Below, piece after piece: positions 1 to 9,100 of a stretch of 46,461 nucleotides of DNA. The translations under genes and the position numbers were made by a program. The stretch is from a bacterium (lineage in GTDB: Bacteria > Verrucomicrobiota > Kiritimatiellia > RFP12 > DVOR01), in the NCBI GenBank assembly GCA_030535915.1, contig JAUNQZ010000003.1:1-46461 (forward strand), written 5' to 3'. The notes beneath the pieces are model-generated. The model was given only the letters and a program-made list of their open reading frames with translations. It made no database searches and was not told where the DNA came from. How positions within the stretch are numbered: the stretch's first letter is position 1; every line of letters begins with the position of its first letter.

Positions 1-2
1 GC

Positions 3-530
3 ATTGGGATTGGTGAGGTTTATCAATACTTTTCAAAACAAACGGTAGAAGAAGTTCTTGTACATTATCAAGCCAAAACACTAATGACAAGCACCATGCG
101 TATCAATGGCGTGGATGTCATTGGAAAGACATGGCAATTACCTGCCATCGTTAGTCCGAGTGTTTTAAAAGATGCAAAAGGGCGAGCACTTGTTGTTCCC
201 CAAGGCGACAAGGGACATCTCATTTATACATTTGACCAAACGGTTGTGCCAGATTCTCGCGGAACATTTTATCCGCAGCAATTACCACGCATTGATGGTT
301 TTGAATGCCAATATGTCATTGATATGACCAATACTCGAACCGTTATCATGGGGAATACGAAATTCTCTGCAAACGACATACAACAGCGTGTGGATGCAAG
401 CTTGAGGGGCGCAGGTTGGATTTATCAGCCCGCCACCCTTTCATGGAGTAAAGCCTCGTCCACCGTACAAACGCTCTTTACATCTCGCGACAATGGATGC
501 TCTGGCATCTTACTTTTGGAGACTCGATAA
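3..530 (+). CDS. Hypothetical protein of the Tad locus, probably 5'-truncated by the window edge
   Basis: The frame of ORF 84..530 stays open back to position 3 (IGIGEVYQYFSKQ...). Its stop overlaps the cpaB ATG (TAATG at 528-532). No family recognised. Confidence 0.6.
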   Translation: MGIGEVYQYFSKQTVEEVLVHYQAKTLMTSTMRINGVDVIGKTWQLPAIVSPSVLKDAKGRALVVPQGDKGHLIYTFDQTVVPDSRGTFYPQQLPRIDGFECQYVIDMTNTRTVIMGNTKFSANDIQQRVDASLRGAGWIYQPATLSWSKASSTVQTLFTSRDNGCSGILLLETR

Positions 531-1336
531 TGAAACAAAAAATCATCTTATTTATCGCTGTTATCTCAGGTTTACTTGCAGTCTTCTTGTCTGCAACCAT
601 TATCGCTCGTAAAAAAGCTGCCCTTGAAGAAGAACGCTTAAAGCTTAACCAACGCGAAATGATTAGTGTTGTCGTTTTACGCGAAAGTCGTCCCGCGGGG
701 TCGCGCATTCAAGAAAGTTTACTTGCTAAAAAATCATTCCCCGCGGAAGCCATTAGCCGTCGTGCAATTATTGTCACGAAAGAGAATCAAGAGCTTATCA
801 TTGCTCGACTCACGGGGCGCATTCTCACTGCAGGTGTCGAAAAAGGAAAGCCAATGATGTGGAATGATATTCAAGGTGGCTCTGTAGAAGATGGAGGATT
901 AGCCTCTTCATTGCGGAGTCGCATGCGTGCGCTTTCCATTTCCGTCAGTGGGGCAGCCAGTGTTTCCAATATGGTTCGTCCATCAGATCGCGTAGATGTA
1001 TTGGGCACATTCACCTTGCCAAGTAAAACAATCGCGGGAGAAACAGAACTCGTAACATTAACCATTTTGCAGAATGTTGTTGTGCTCGCAACAGGGCAAG
1101 AAACGACCGAAACCTACAATGGTATCGCCTCCAACTATGGACTTGTTACACTTGAGGTCACGCCCTCCGAAGCCGAAGTCCTTACATTTGCAGAACAAAT
1201 GCGTGGGCGTTTGACATTGACATTAAGAAGTCCCACAGACACCTCTTATGAAAGTTCTTTGCCTTCGGTAAACTTTGAAGAGGTGCGTAGCAAGCTTGAA
1301 GAAATGAACCGAGAACGGCAAAACAAGAAGCGTTAA
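530..1336 (+). CDS. cpaB: Flp pilus assembly protein CpaB/RcpC (SAF domain)
   Basis: N-terminal TM, SAF-like segment, and the RcpC-type motifs MRALSISV, VRPSDRVDV, ILQNVVVLATG and VTLEVTPSEAEVL. Start placed at ATG 530, coupled to the upstream stop. Confidence 0.9.
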   Translation: MKQKIILFIAVISGLLAVFLSATIIARKKAALEEERLKLNQREMISVVVLRESRPAGSRIQESLLAKKSFPAEAISRRAIIVTKENQELIIARLTGRILTAGVEKGKPMMWNDIQGGSVEDGGLASSLRSRMRALSISVSGAASVSNMVRPSDRVDVLGTFTLPSKTIAGETELVTLTILQNVVVLATGQETTETYNGIASNYGLVTLEVTPSEAEVLTFAEQMRGRLTLTLRSPTDTSYESSLPSVNFEEVRSKLEEMNRERQNKKR

Positions 1337-1356
1337 TCTAAACAAAGTGGCATCCT

Positions 1357-3060
1357 ATGGAATATCTTTTAACACTTGCAATGCCGGGACAACCCGTTCG
1401 ACAGACCATTTTACCAGAAGGGTCTTATCTTGTTGGACGCGGCGAAAGTTGTATTATCTCTCTTGCAGATGGCAGTGTTAGCGAACGCCATGCACGATTT
1501 ATTCTTGAGCAGGATAAAGCTTGGGTTGAAGATTTAAATTCTTCCAATGGGACCTTTGTAAATTCACGTCCAATTTCTAAATGCACGCCCTTAACGGCAA
1601 GCGATATCGTAGCCATTGGAGGGACTGTTTTTCGATTACAACCACGCGTTGCCACGCCGGCCAAAGCCACTTCCCCCACTCCATCTACAACGCCATCTCC
1701 TGTTACACAAGCGTCCATCCCTTCTCAAACGCGACAACCATTACCCACGCTTTCTCCTGCTGAGCGGGCCCGTCAAGAACGCCATCGTCAAATAAAGACG
1801 CAACTTCATGCAGAGCTCATCAAACGACTCGGCCTCAAACGCTTGGCAACGCAAGCCGTCTCCTCCGAAGAGTTGGAATCTCGTGTTAAGTCAACACTTA
1901 AAACCATTTTAGATGAACTTCAACAGCGCGATGCCATTCCGTCGGAATTTTCCATCCAAGAACTCATGGATGAAATCTATGATGAAGCGGTACGCTTGGG
2001 GCCAATTGAAAAATTCCTCGCGGATGATTCCATTACGGAAGTCATGGTAAATGGCCCCACAAATGTTTATGTTGAACGCCATGGTAAACTTGAGTTAACA
2101 GGGCAAACCTTTATGGATGATGATAGTGTGATGGCTGTCATTGAGCGTATTGTTGCACCTTTAGGTCGTCGTATAGATGAAAGTCAACCCTATGTTGATG
2201 CGCGTTTGTCCGATGGTTCACGTGTTAATGCAATTATCCCCCCACTCTCGCTTATTGGTCCTTGTATTACGATTCGTAAATTTGCGAAACGCGTTTTGAC
2301 TGAAGCGGACTTCGTTCAATTTGGCACATGGACACCTGCCATTGCAGGATTCCTTAGAGTTTGCGTTCAATTGCGTAAGAATATTGTTGTTGCTGGTGGT
2401 ACTGGCTCTGGTAAAACAACCTTACTTAATGTCCTCTCTAATTTCATTCCACCGAACGATCGTATTTTGACTATTGAAGACGCTGCGGAATTACGCCTTA
2501 ACCAGCCCCATGTCGTACGCCTTGAAGCTCGACCTGCAAACATTGAAGGTAAAGGTGCTATTACCATTCGAGATCTTGTTCGTAATGCATTGCGTATGCG
2601 TCCTGATCGTATTATTGTAGGTGAATGTCGTGGAGGCGAATCGCTTGACATGTTGCAAGCAATGAACACGGGGCATGATGGCTCTTTAACAACTGTCCAC
2701 GCAAACTCTCCTCGCGATGTTATTAGCCGTCTAGAGACAATGGTTTTGATGTCAGGTGTTGACTTGCCAAGCCGAGCCATTCGAGAGCAAATTGCAAGTG
2801 CAATTAATATCATTGTTCAGGAAGCGCGTCTTGCCGATGGGTCTCGTCGCATTGTTGCTGTTACCGAAATTACAGGCATGGAGGGGCAACAAATTGTCAT
2901 GCAAGACCTCTTTGTGTTTAAACAAACGGGAATTGACCCAAAGGGGCGCGTCCTTGGCTATCTTACAGCAACAGGAGCAATGCCATCATTCTACGATACG
3001 CTCTCCTCTCGAGGCATTGAACTTGACCCAGCCCTCTTTACCCCTAAGGAGCAGTTATGA
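1357..3060 (+). CDS. cpaF: Tad pilus assembly ATPase CpaF/TadA with N-terminal FHA domain
   Basis: FHA motifs VGR, SERHA and SSNGTFVN. Walker A GGTGSGKTT, Asp box TIED, Walker B IIVGE, His box TGHDGSLTTVH. Confidence 0.95.
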   Translation: MEYLLTLAMPGQPVRQTILPEGSYLVGRGESCIISLADGSVSERHARFILEQDKAWVEDLNSSNGTFVNSRPISKCTPLTASDIVAIGGTVFRLQPRVATPAKATSPTPSTTPSPVTQASIPSQTRQPLPTLSPAERARQERHRQIKTQLHAELIKRLGLKRLATQAVSSEELESRVKSTLKTILDELQQRDAIPSEFSIQELMDEIYDEAVRLGPIEKFLADDSITEVMVNGPTNVYVERHGKLELTGQTFMDDDSVMAVIERIVAPLGRRIDESQPYVDARLSDGSRVNAIIPPLSLIGPCITIRKFAKRVLTEADFVQFGTWTPAIAGFLRVCVQLRKNIVVAGGTGSGKTTLLNVLSNFIPPNDRILTIEDAAELRLNQPHVVRLEARPANIEGKGAITIRDLVRNALRMRPDRIIVGECRGGESLDMLQAMNTGHDGSLTTVHANSPRDVISRLETMVLMSGVDLPSRAIREQIASAINIIVQEARLADGSRRIVAVTEITGMEGQQIVMQDLFVFKQTGIDPKGRVLGYLTATGAMPSFYDTLSSRGIELDPALFTPKEQL

Positions 3061-3947
3061 GTGAATCTCTCCTTTTTATCCTCTCGTCGCTTTTGATTGG
3101 GCTCTCAACCATGGGGCTTATATGGGCGCTTGTCTCAACCTTCGCGGATAGTGCAAAAACTGCCTCAAGCATTTATGAAAAAGAAATGTCGCGTTCACTT
3201 GAAGCAATGTTTTTATTTGTTCCGGCGCGGCGTCTAGTTGATTTAGGATGGATGTCTGCAACCGTTGTTTTTATGATTTGCATGCTTCCCTTTTGTTCTC
3301 TTGACCCGCTTTATCTACCAATCATTGGACTTGTTTTTGCCTCTCTCGTTGGATTTGCAGCTTTTCATCTCCCGACTTTAGCCGTCAACATTCTAAAAAA
3401 GCGTCGCCTTGAACGCTTTAATTTACAACTCCTTGAGGTTTTGCCAATGATGTCCAATGCGCTTCGAGCAGGATTCTCCATTATGCAAGCCTTTGAAAAT
3501 GTCGCTGAAGGTACGGATGGTCCGATGCGTCAAGAGGTGAATCTCTTCCTTCAACAAACACGCGTAGGCGTTTCGTTTAGTGATGCCTTACAAGAGTTTG
3601 ACCATCGTGTAGGAAGCGAAGATTTAACACTTATTTGCACCTCCATTGAGATTGCGCGTCGAGCTGGCGGAAATCTCACAGAAATTTTTGACACCATTGC
3701 GGCAACGATTCGTGCACGGTTACGCATTCATCGTCATGTTAAAACGTTGACCGCACAAGGACGCTTACAAGGTATCGTCATTGGTACAATGCCTTTTGTA
3801 CTTGGGATTGGATTGGCTATTTTTAAACCTGATTTAATGATTCCCTTTGCTTGTTCCATGATTGGTGCAATCTTATTAGGTGTGATGACGCTGTTGGTGA
3901 TTTGTGGCGGGTTAATGATTCGCAAAATCGTCACCATTGATGTCTAA
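3057..3947 (+). CDS. tadB: Tad pilus inner-membrane platform protein TadB (T2SSF family)
   Basis: ALRAGFS, GGNLTEIFD and LTAQGRLQG motifs, several TMs, ATGA overlap with cpaF. Confidence 0.9.
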   Translation: MSESLLFILSSLLIGLSTMGLIWALVSTFADSAKTASSIYEKEMSRSLEAMFLFVPARRLVDLGWMSATVVFMICMLPFCSLDPLYLPIIGLVFASLVGFAAFHLPTLAVNILKKRRLERFNLQLLEVLPMMSNALRAGFSIMQAFENVAEGTDGPMRQEVNLFLQQTRVGVSFSDALQEFDHRVGSEDLTLICTSIEIARRAGGNLTEIFDTIAATIRARLRIHRHVKTLTAQGRLQGIVIGTMPFVLGIGLAIFKPDLMIPFACSMIGAILLGVMTLLVICGGLMIRKIVTIDV

Positions 3948-3956
3948 TAGGAAAGG

Positions 3957-4859
3957 ATGCTTGATATGAACAATCTCCTTTTTTATATTACAATTAGTTG
4001 TTGGGGGCTCACAATTATGGCGCTCATTTGGTGGGTTTTACATGTTGCCTCCCAAATCACATATGTTACGCTTGCTGATGGTCGCCAAGAAGTTCGCACT
4101 TTACCCTTACTTTTCCGCCTTATTCTTCCTTTAACACACAACTTTGATAAACTGTTGCGTAAGCCCTCCTTTCAGGGCGCAATTCAAGAAGCTTCATGGC
4201 AACTTACGGCTGCAGGATTTGAAGGGCTTCTTTCCGCACGAGAATTTATTGCTATTAAATTCCTCATGCCATTATGTGCAGGAATTGCCTTTTCGCCATT
4301 TCTTTTGATTATGGGGAGTGATGGTTTTATGCCATGGGTAATGATTGTGCTTATCTTTTGGATTTGGCCATTGCGTTGGCTTCGTTCCTCTCGTGCAAAA
4401 CGCGCGAAGGAAATTCTAAGAGCGCTTCCGTTTGTCTTAGATTTACTTACGCTTTCTGTTGAAGCGGGACTTGATTTCATGGGAGCCGTTCAACGCAACT
4501 GTGAGCGCCGAAAAATAGATGCTCTCAATGAAGAGCTCTTACGCATGCAACGCGAGATTCAAATTGGAACAACGCGTCGTGTAGCCTTACAGAACTTAAG
4601 CGAACGCGTTCGTATCCCTCAAATGCGCACCTTATGTACCGCATTAATTCAAGCGGACGAACTCGGTGTCAGCATCGGCACAATTTTACGCATTCAATCC
4701 GAACAACTTCGCCAAGAGCGGTTTGAACGGGCAGAAAAACAGGCGAATGAAGCCCCGACGAAAATCCTCTTTCCTCTCTTGCTCTTTATTTTTCCTGCAA
4801 CATTAGTCGTCCTTGTAGGACCAGTTCTCACTGCCGCAATGAAAGACTTCCTCGCTTAA
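3957..4859 (+). CDS. tadC: Tad pilus inner-membrane platform protein TadC (T2SSF family)
   Basis: LPFVLDLLTLSVEAGL, LIQADELG and AEKQANEAPTKILFPLLLFIFP motifs. Alternative start at ATG 3966. Confidence 0.9.
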   Translation: MLDMNNLLFYITISCWGLTIMALIWWVLHVASQITYVTLADGRQEVRTLPLLFRLILPLTHNFDKLLRKPSFQGAIQEASWQLTAAGFEGLLSAREFIAIKFLMPLCAGIAFSPFLLIMGSDGFMPWVMIVLIFWIWPLRWLRSSRAKRAKEILRALPFVLDLLTLSVEAGLDFMGAVQRNCERRKIDALNEELLRMQREIQIGTTRRVALQNLSERVRIPQMRTLCTALIQADELGVSIGTILRIQSEQLRQERFERAEKQANEAPTKILFPLLLFIFPATLVVLVGPVLTAAMKDFLA

Positions 4860-4870
4860 TTATCCTAGCC

Positions 4871-5731
4871 ATGCGTTTAAAACTTCTCCTTTGTCTCATC
4901 TTCGTTTTGTCGTTCCCTCTTTTAGCCGAGGTAACGATGGATGAAGCAATGTTGGCAGAAATAAAAGCAATGAAAGAAGAACGTTATGGGCCCTCCTTTT
5001 ATGGCATAGAAATTCCAAAAACAGGTGCGCGCGTACTCCTTATTGTAGACGCATCCAAATCTATGCGTCGAAAAGATGCTATGCGTTCTGATGGTGGGAG
5101 TCGTTGGGATACGCTTGTTGACGAAGTTGACACAATGACAACGCAAATGCAAGCATTAATAGAAACAAATCCCTCACTTTGTTTCACGGTTACACTGCTT
5201 TACGAAGTTGGCGGTAAACCGCATGCGGGAACAATGCCTTATGACATTACCCAACCCATTGGAAAAACATTGCTCATGAAAGAACTCCGCTCTAAAACCT
5301 TTGGAAACGGAGGTAATTTTGAGATAACTTTTTGCGAGACGCTTTGGCCACTTGTTGCGAAACAACACATTACGCACATCTTCTTTCTTGGAGATAATGA
5401 CATCGCAACCTATGCCTCTACGATTGAGCCAATATTCAATCAATGGTTCACAATTAAGTCAAAAAAGCCCACAGAGGCAAATCTCCAAAAGTTGTGGAAA
5501 CTTAAATGTGCTTGGTGGGAACCATGGAAGCGTTGGCGTCCACCATCCAAACGAAAATCTCTTTCGTTTAAAAAGGAAACCGCCATTCCCCTCCCTCCAC
5601 CACCAAAGGATGTTATCTTTTCTGCAATTGTTATTGGACAGTCCTCTCCACTTTTAGAGCGACTTACACAAGTCGCAAATGGTACATATATTGAGCGAAA
5701 GAAAAACAAAAAGAAATCCACAAAGGAATAA
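4871..5731 (+). CDS. Secreted VWA-domain-like protein
   Basis: Sec-type signal peptide (…FPLLA|E), MIDAS-like LIVDASKS (DxSxS), IFFLGD, and a C-terminal VIG…LLERLTQVANGTY segment typical of VWA folds. Confidence 0.7.
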   Translation: MRLKLLLCLIFVLSFPLLAEVTMDEAMLAEIKAMKEERYGPSFYGIEIPKTGARVLLIVDASKSMRRKDAMRSDGGSRWDTLVDEVDTMTTQMQALIETNPSLCFTVTLLYEVGGKPHAGTMPYDITQPIGKTLLMKELRSKTFGNGGNFEITFCETLWPLVAKQHITHIFFLGDNDIATYASTIEPIFNQWFTIKSKKPTEANLQKLWKLKCAWWEPWKRWRPPSKRKSLSFKKETAIPLPPPPKDVIFSAIVIGQSSPLLERLTQVANGTYIERKKNKKKSTKE

Positions 5732-5738
5732 CATAAAT

Positions 5739-6107
5739 ATGTCAAAAAAAGAACCCTTTAATCCTTTTATACGACTTGATGGATGTGATCCTCAAGCCCT
5801 CGTAGAGATTTCGAGCCAATTCACAACACTTAATCTTGATTTCGCTCAACCTACGCCTCCTATGACCGAGGCCAAACATGCTCAAGTTTCCGATCGATCC
5901 GATTGGAATGCTGTTGCGAATGCGCTCGGAAATATCTATCAAGCACTTTGTAATAACGAGTGTAATGCTGCGCTCAATGCTATGCGATCAATCGAACGCA
6001 TCCTTACAAAACGAGGAATTGCAGTCCCGCAACCTTCGATAACAATGCGTCCCCCAACAGTAGAAGAAGAGCTTCCCATTGAAACGGAGTTTGATTATGG
6101 CGAATAA
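5739..6107 (+). CDS. Hypothetical protein
   Basis: ATG 5739 follows AAGGA and the ORF is tightly packed between its neighbours. No confident family. Confidence 0.65.
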   Translation: MSKKEPFNPFIRLDGCDPQALVEISSQFTTLNLDFAQPTPPMTEAKHAQVSDRSDWNAVANALGNIYQALCNNECNAALNAMRSIERILTKRGIAVPQPSITMRPPTVEEELPIETEFDYGE

Positions 6108-6714
6108 TTATCAAAGCTCTACACTTTTACTTTGTGCCTATACTTTAGCGAAAGCAAAACGCTATGCTGAAGCGGAAGCGATGATTCTCTCAAATGCAGA
6201 AATCTCAAAAACTGCACCTGCCATCGACTTACTTGCACGTTTAAGAATTGAGCAAGGAGACATTATTGAAGCCCGCCGGTTGTGGGAAGAACTTACGGCC
6301 ACTCATCCAGACTATCTTCCTGCGCGTAATGCACTCAAACACTTTGAAACAAAATCAACCTGCTTTACAAAAAAGCGTTGTGTAGTTATTGCAATGTTTC
6401 TTCTCTTAGGGCTTGGTATTTTCATTGGGCATATGCTTAATTCTCAGCCAAAAATTCCTACACCCCAGGTCTATACTTGGGCAACACTTCCTCGCTATGT
6501 TGATTTACAATATTTAAACTCTCATAAGGGAAATGTTAAACGCCTCTCAATTACGTCCAATCTCTTTGCAGATCCAACAGCTCTTGCAAGACGACAGAAT
6601 TTAATCGATACACTCACATATCTCTTGAAGATTGAACCCCATCAAATTTATTTTGCCCAAAACACCCCGGAGGCCTCCGCGGATGTAGTTGTGATTACAA
6701 TTGAAAACAACTAA
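6097..6714 (+). CDS. TPR-repeat protein with a single central TM helix
   Basis: TPR-like helices (AIDLLARLRIEQGDIIEARRLWEE…PDYLPARNAL), TM VVIAMFLLLGLGIFIGHML, GGAG RBS before ATG 6097. Confidence 0.7.
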   Translation: MANNYQSSTLLLCAYTLAKAKRYAEAEAMILSNAEISKTAPAIDLLARLRIEQGDIIEARRLWEELTATHPDYLPARNALKHFETKSTCFTKKRCVVIAMFLLLGLGIFIGHMLNSQPKIPTPQVYTWATLPRYVDLQYLNSHKGNVKRLSITSNLFADPTALARRQNLIDTLTYLLKIEPHQIYFAQNTPEASADVVVITIENN

Positions 6715-6722
6715 AGGACCCT

Positions 6723-7883
6723 ATGTTTACACACATTTATCGATTTTTAACACTTCGAAAAGCACGCAAAGCGCTTAACTCTATGCGTGGAGACTATCGT
6801 CTCTATGCAGATATCTTGTCAGTAGAAGTTCGTAATTCCCTAGAAGAACGCTTTACAGATATTAAACAAGCGATTCGTGAGCGAGAGATTGAAGATCTTC
6901 CAAATCTTATCAAAACAGTACAAAATGAAGTCCAAGAAGCTCTTCCTCCGCGCCGTTTTGGAATTGCAGCCGAATGGTTTGATATCCTTGTTTCTGCTCT
7001 TGCCGTTGCTTTTTGTTTCCGTGCGTATTTTTATGAGCCTTTTCGAATTCCTACGGGCTCAATGCAACCCACACTTTATGGAATTCATGCGGAAACATGG
7101 TCAGATGATCGAAAAGCGGGAACCTTTGATGCTCCAGGTTTGAGTGTTCTCAAATGGCTTGTGACAGGTGAAACGCTCACTGATATTACAATTCAAAACT
7201 CAGGTGTTGTAATTGAATGGCGAAATAATCTTTTACCAGGATACGCAACATTAATTGTCTCCTCCCCTTTAAAACGAACTCCAGACCTCTATCATATTCC
7301 TGACAGCGTTATCGATTTTTCTTCTCCCGATAATCTTGTTCATCGTTATCCTCCAGGCAAGGGCGTTAGTCGTGGGCAACGCATTTGGCGAGGAGTTATC
7401 ACAAGTGGAGACTTTGTCTTCGTTAACCGATGGATTTGGAATTTCCGCCATCCAAGGCTTGGAGAAACGATTGTTTTTTCCACGCACAATATTGAGGGCC
7501 TTCCCGACAATCAACACTACATAAAACGCCTTTGTGGACGCCCCGGCGATTTTGTAGAGATTAAACCCAACGACAAACATCTTTGGGTTAATGGCGAACC
7601 CCGTATGCAACCTTCTCGTTTTGCAGATATTGCACAAGGCTTCCCCCCTTGGGATGGCGCACCAAGTTATGCTGGCTATCAAGCTGCTCCGCCATCGCCT
7701 GGAACATCGCAAACATTTAACACTTGGAATCTTGGCCCAACCGAATATCTCGCACTCGGAGACAATTCCGAGAATAGTCTTGATAGTCGCTATTGGGGGG
7801 CCGTTCCCGAACGCAATCTTCTTGGGCCAGCGACCTTTATTCATTGGCCATTTACATCTCCTCGATGGGGACATATCCGTTAA
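6723..7883 (+). CDS. lepB: Signal peptidase I (long form)
   Basis: Box B IPTGSMQPTL (catalytic Ser), Box D YIKRLCG (catalytic Lys), Box E GDNSENSLDSRYWG. Confidence 0.93.
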   Translation: MFTHIYRFLTLRKARKALNSMRGDYRLYADILSVEVRNSLEERFTDIKQAIREREIEDLPNLIKTVQNEVQEALPPRRFGIAAEWFDILVSALAVAFCFRAYFYEPFRIPTGSMQPTLYGIHAETWSDDRKAGTFDAPGLSVLKWLVTGETLTDITIQNSGVVIEWRNNLLPGYATLIVSSPLKRTPDLYHIPDSVIDFSSPDNLVHRYPPGKGVSRGQRIWRGVITSGDFVFVNRWIWNFRHPRLGETIVFSTHNIEGLPDNQHYIKRLCGRPGDFVEIKPNDKHLWVNGEPRMQPSRFADIAQGFPPWDGAPSYAGYQAAPPSPGTSQTFNTWNLGPTEYLALGDNSENSLDSRYWGAVPERNLLGPATFIHWPFTSPRWGHIR

Positions 7884-7912
7884 TCATTTTAATTCACGAA
7901 AGGATTCTCACC

Positions 7913-9082
7913 ATGTCTAACATTGCTATTCTCGCACAAGAAACAGACGCAATCATTGTCGGCGCAGGTCTTTGGGGATGCGTCGTTGCACGCGAACTTG
8001 CAGAAGCTGGCTATCGAGTTCTCGTTCTTGAATCACGTGCCCTCCCTGGTGGAAATGCACGTAGTGCTATTGACCCTAAAACAGGTATTGAATGCCACTG
8101 TTATGGCGCACACATTTTCCACACTTCCGACGAACGCGTATGGGAATATGCTAATCGATTCGCCACCTTTACAGATTATCGTCATAGTGTCCTTACCAAA
8201 CATAAGGGCAAGGTCTATTTCATGCCTCTTGGCCTTACACTTATTAATGCTTTCTATGGGACCGATTTAACCCCAGCAGAAGTTCCAGGCTTCATTGCTC
8301 AAGAAGTTGCAAAGGCTGGTTTAACAGGCGAACCCCAAAATCTTGAAGAGCAAGCAATTTCGCTTATTGGTCGCCCTCTCTACGAAGCATTCATTAAAGG
8401 GTACACCCAAAAACAGTGGAATACAGACCCTAAAAATCTTCCAGCCTTTATCATTCGTCGTCTTCCCGTTCGAGCAAATTATAACACCTCTTACTTCAAC
8501 GATACGCATCAAGGCGTTCCTCGCGATGGTTATTTTGCCATCTTTGAAAAACTTCTTGACCACCCTAACATTACACTCAAGTGCAATGTTGATTATTTCT
8601 CTGTTCGCGAAGAACTTCCAACCGACAAACCCCTCTTCTACAGTGGTGCAATTGATGCCTATTTTAACTACTGTCATGGCGAACTCCCTTGGCGTGGATT
8701 AAAATTTGAATGGGAAACGCTTCCTGTTCAAGATGCACAAGGCACAACCGTTATGAATTACGCCGATAGCGATATCCCCTATACTCGTATCCACGAATTC
8801 AAACACTTCCACCCTGAACGCAAAGAAATCTTTACGTCTAATAAAACCATTATTTGCCGTGAATATCCCGCTGATTGGAAGCGTGGCGACATCCCCTACT
8901 ATCCTGTTAACGCCGATACAACCGCCGCAACGCTTGAAAAGTACCAAGCAGAAGCAGCCAAGTGTAACAATGTTATCTTCGGCGGTCGCCTCGGTGAATA
9001 TAAGTACTATGACATGGATAAAATCATCGCACGAGCACTTGATCAAGTCCATGCATGGCTTGATTCTCAACCCTCCAAATAA
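7913..9082 (+). CDS. glf: UDP-galactopyranose mutase
   Basis: FAD motif IVGAGLWG, YGAHIFHT, YTQKQW, YTRIHEFKHF, GRLGEYKYYDMD. AAGGA RBS before ATG 7913. Confidence 0.95.
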   Translation: MSNIAILAQETDAIIVGAGLWGCVVARELAEAGYRVLVLESRALPGGNARSAIDPKTGIECHCYGAHIFHTSDERVWEYANRFATFTDYRHSVLTKHKGKVYFMPLGLTLINAFYGTDLTPAEVPGFIAQEVAKAGLTGEPQNLEEQAISLIGRPLYEAFIKGYTQKQWNTDPKNLPAFIIRRLPVRANYNTSYFNDTHQGVPRDGYFAIFEKLLDHPNITLKCNVDYFSVREELPTDKPLFYSGAIDAYFNYCHGELPWRGLKFEWETLPVQDAQGTTVMNYADSDIPYTRIHEFKHFHPERKEIFTSNKTIICREYPADWKRGDIPYYPVNADTTAATLEKYQAEAAKCNNVIFGGRLGEYKYYDMDKIIARALDQVHAWLDSQPSK

Positions 9083-9100
9083 TTGCTAGGAAGTTCTCCG

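Noticed and set aside
7269-7874. 201-aa - strand ORF, and similar antisense ORFs such as 20596..21192
   Set aside because: They overlap well-supported genes on the opposite strand and have no motifs.
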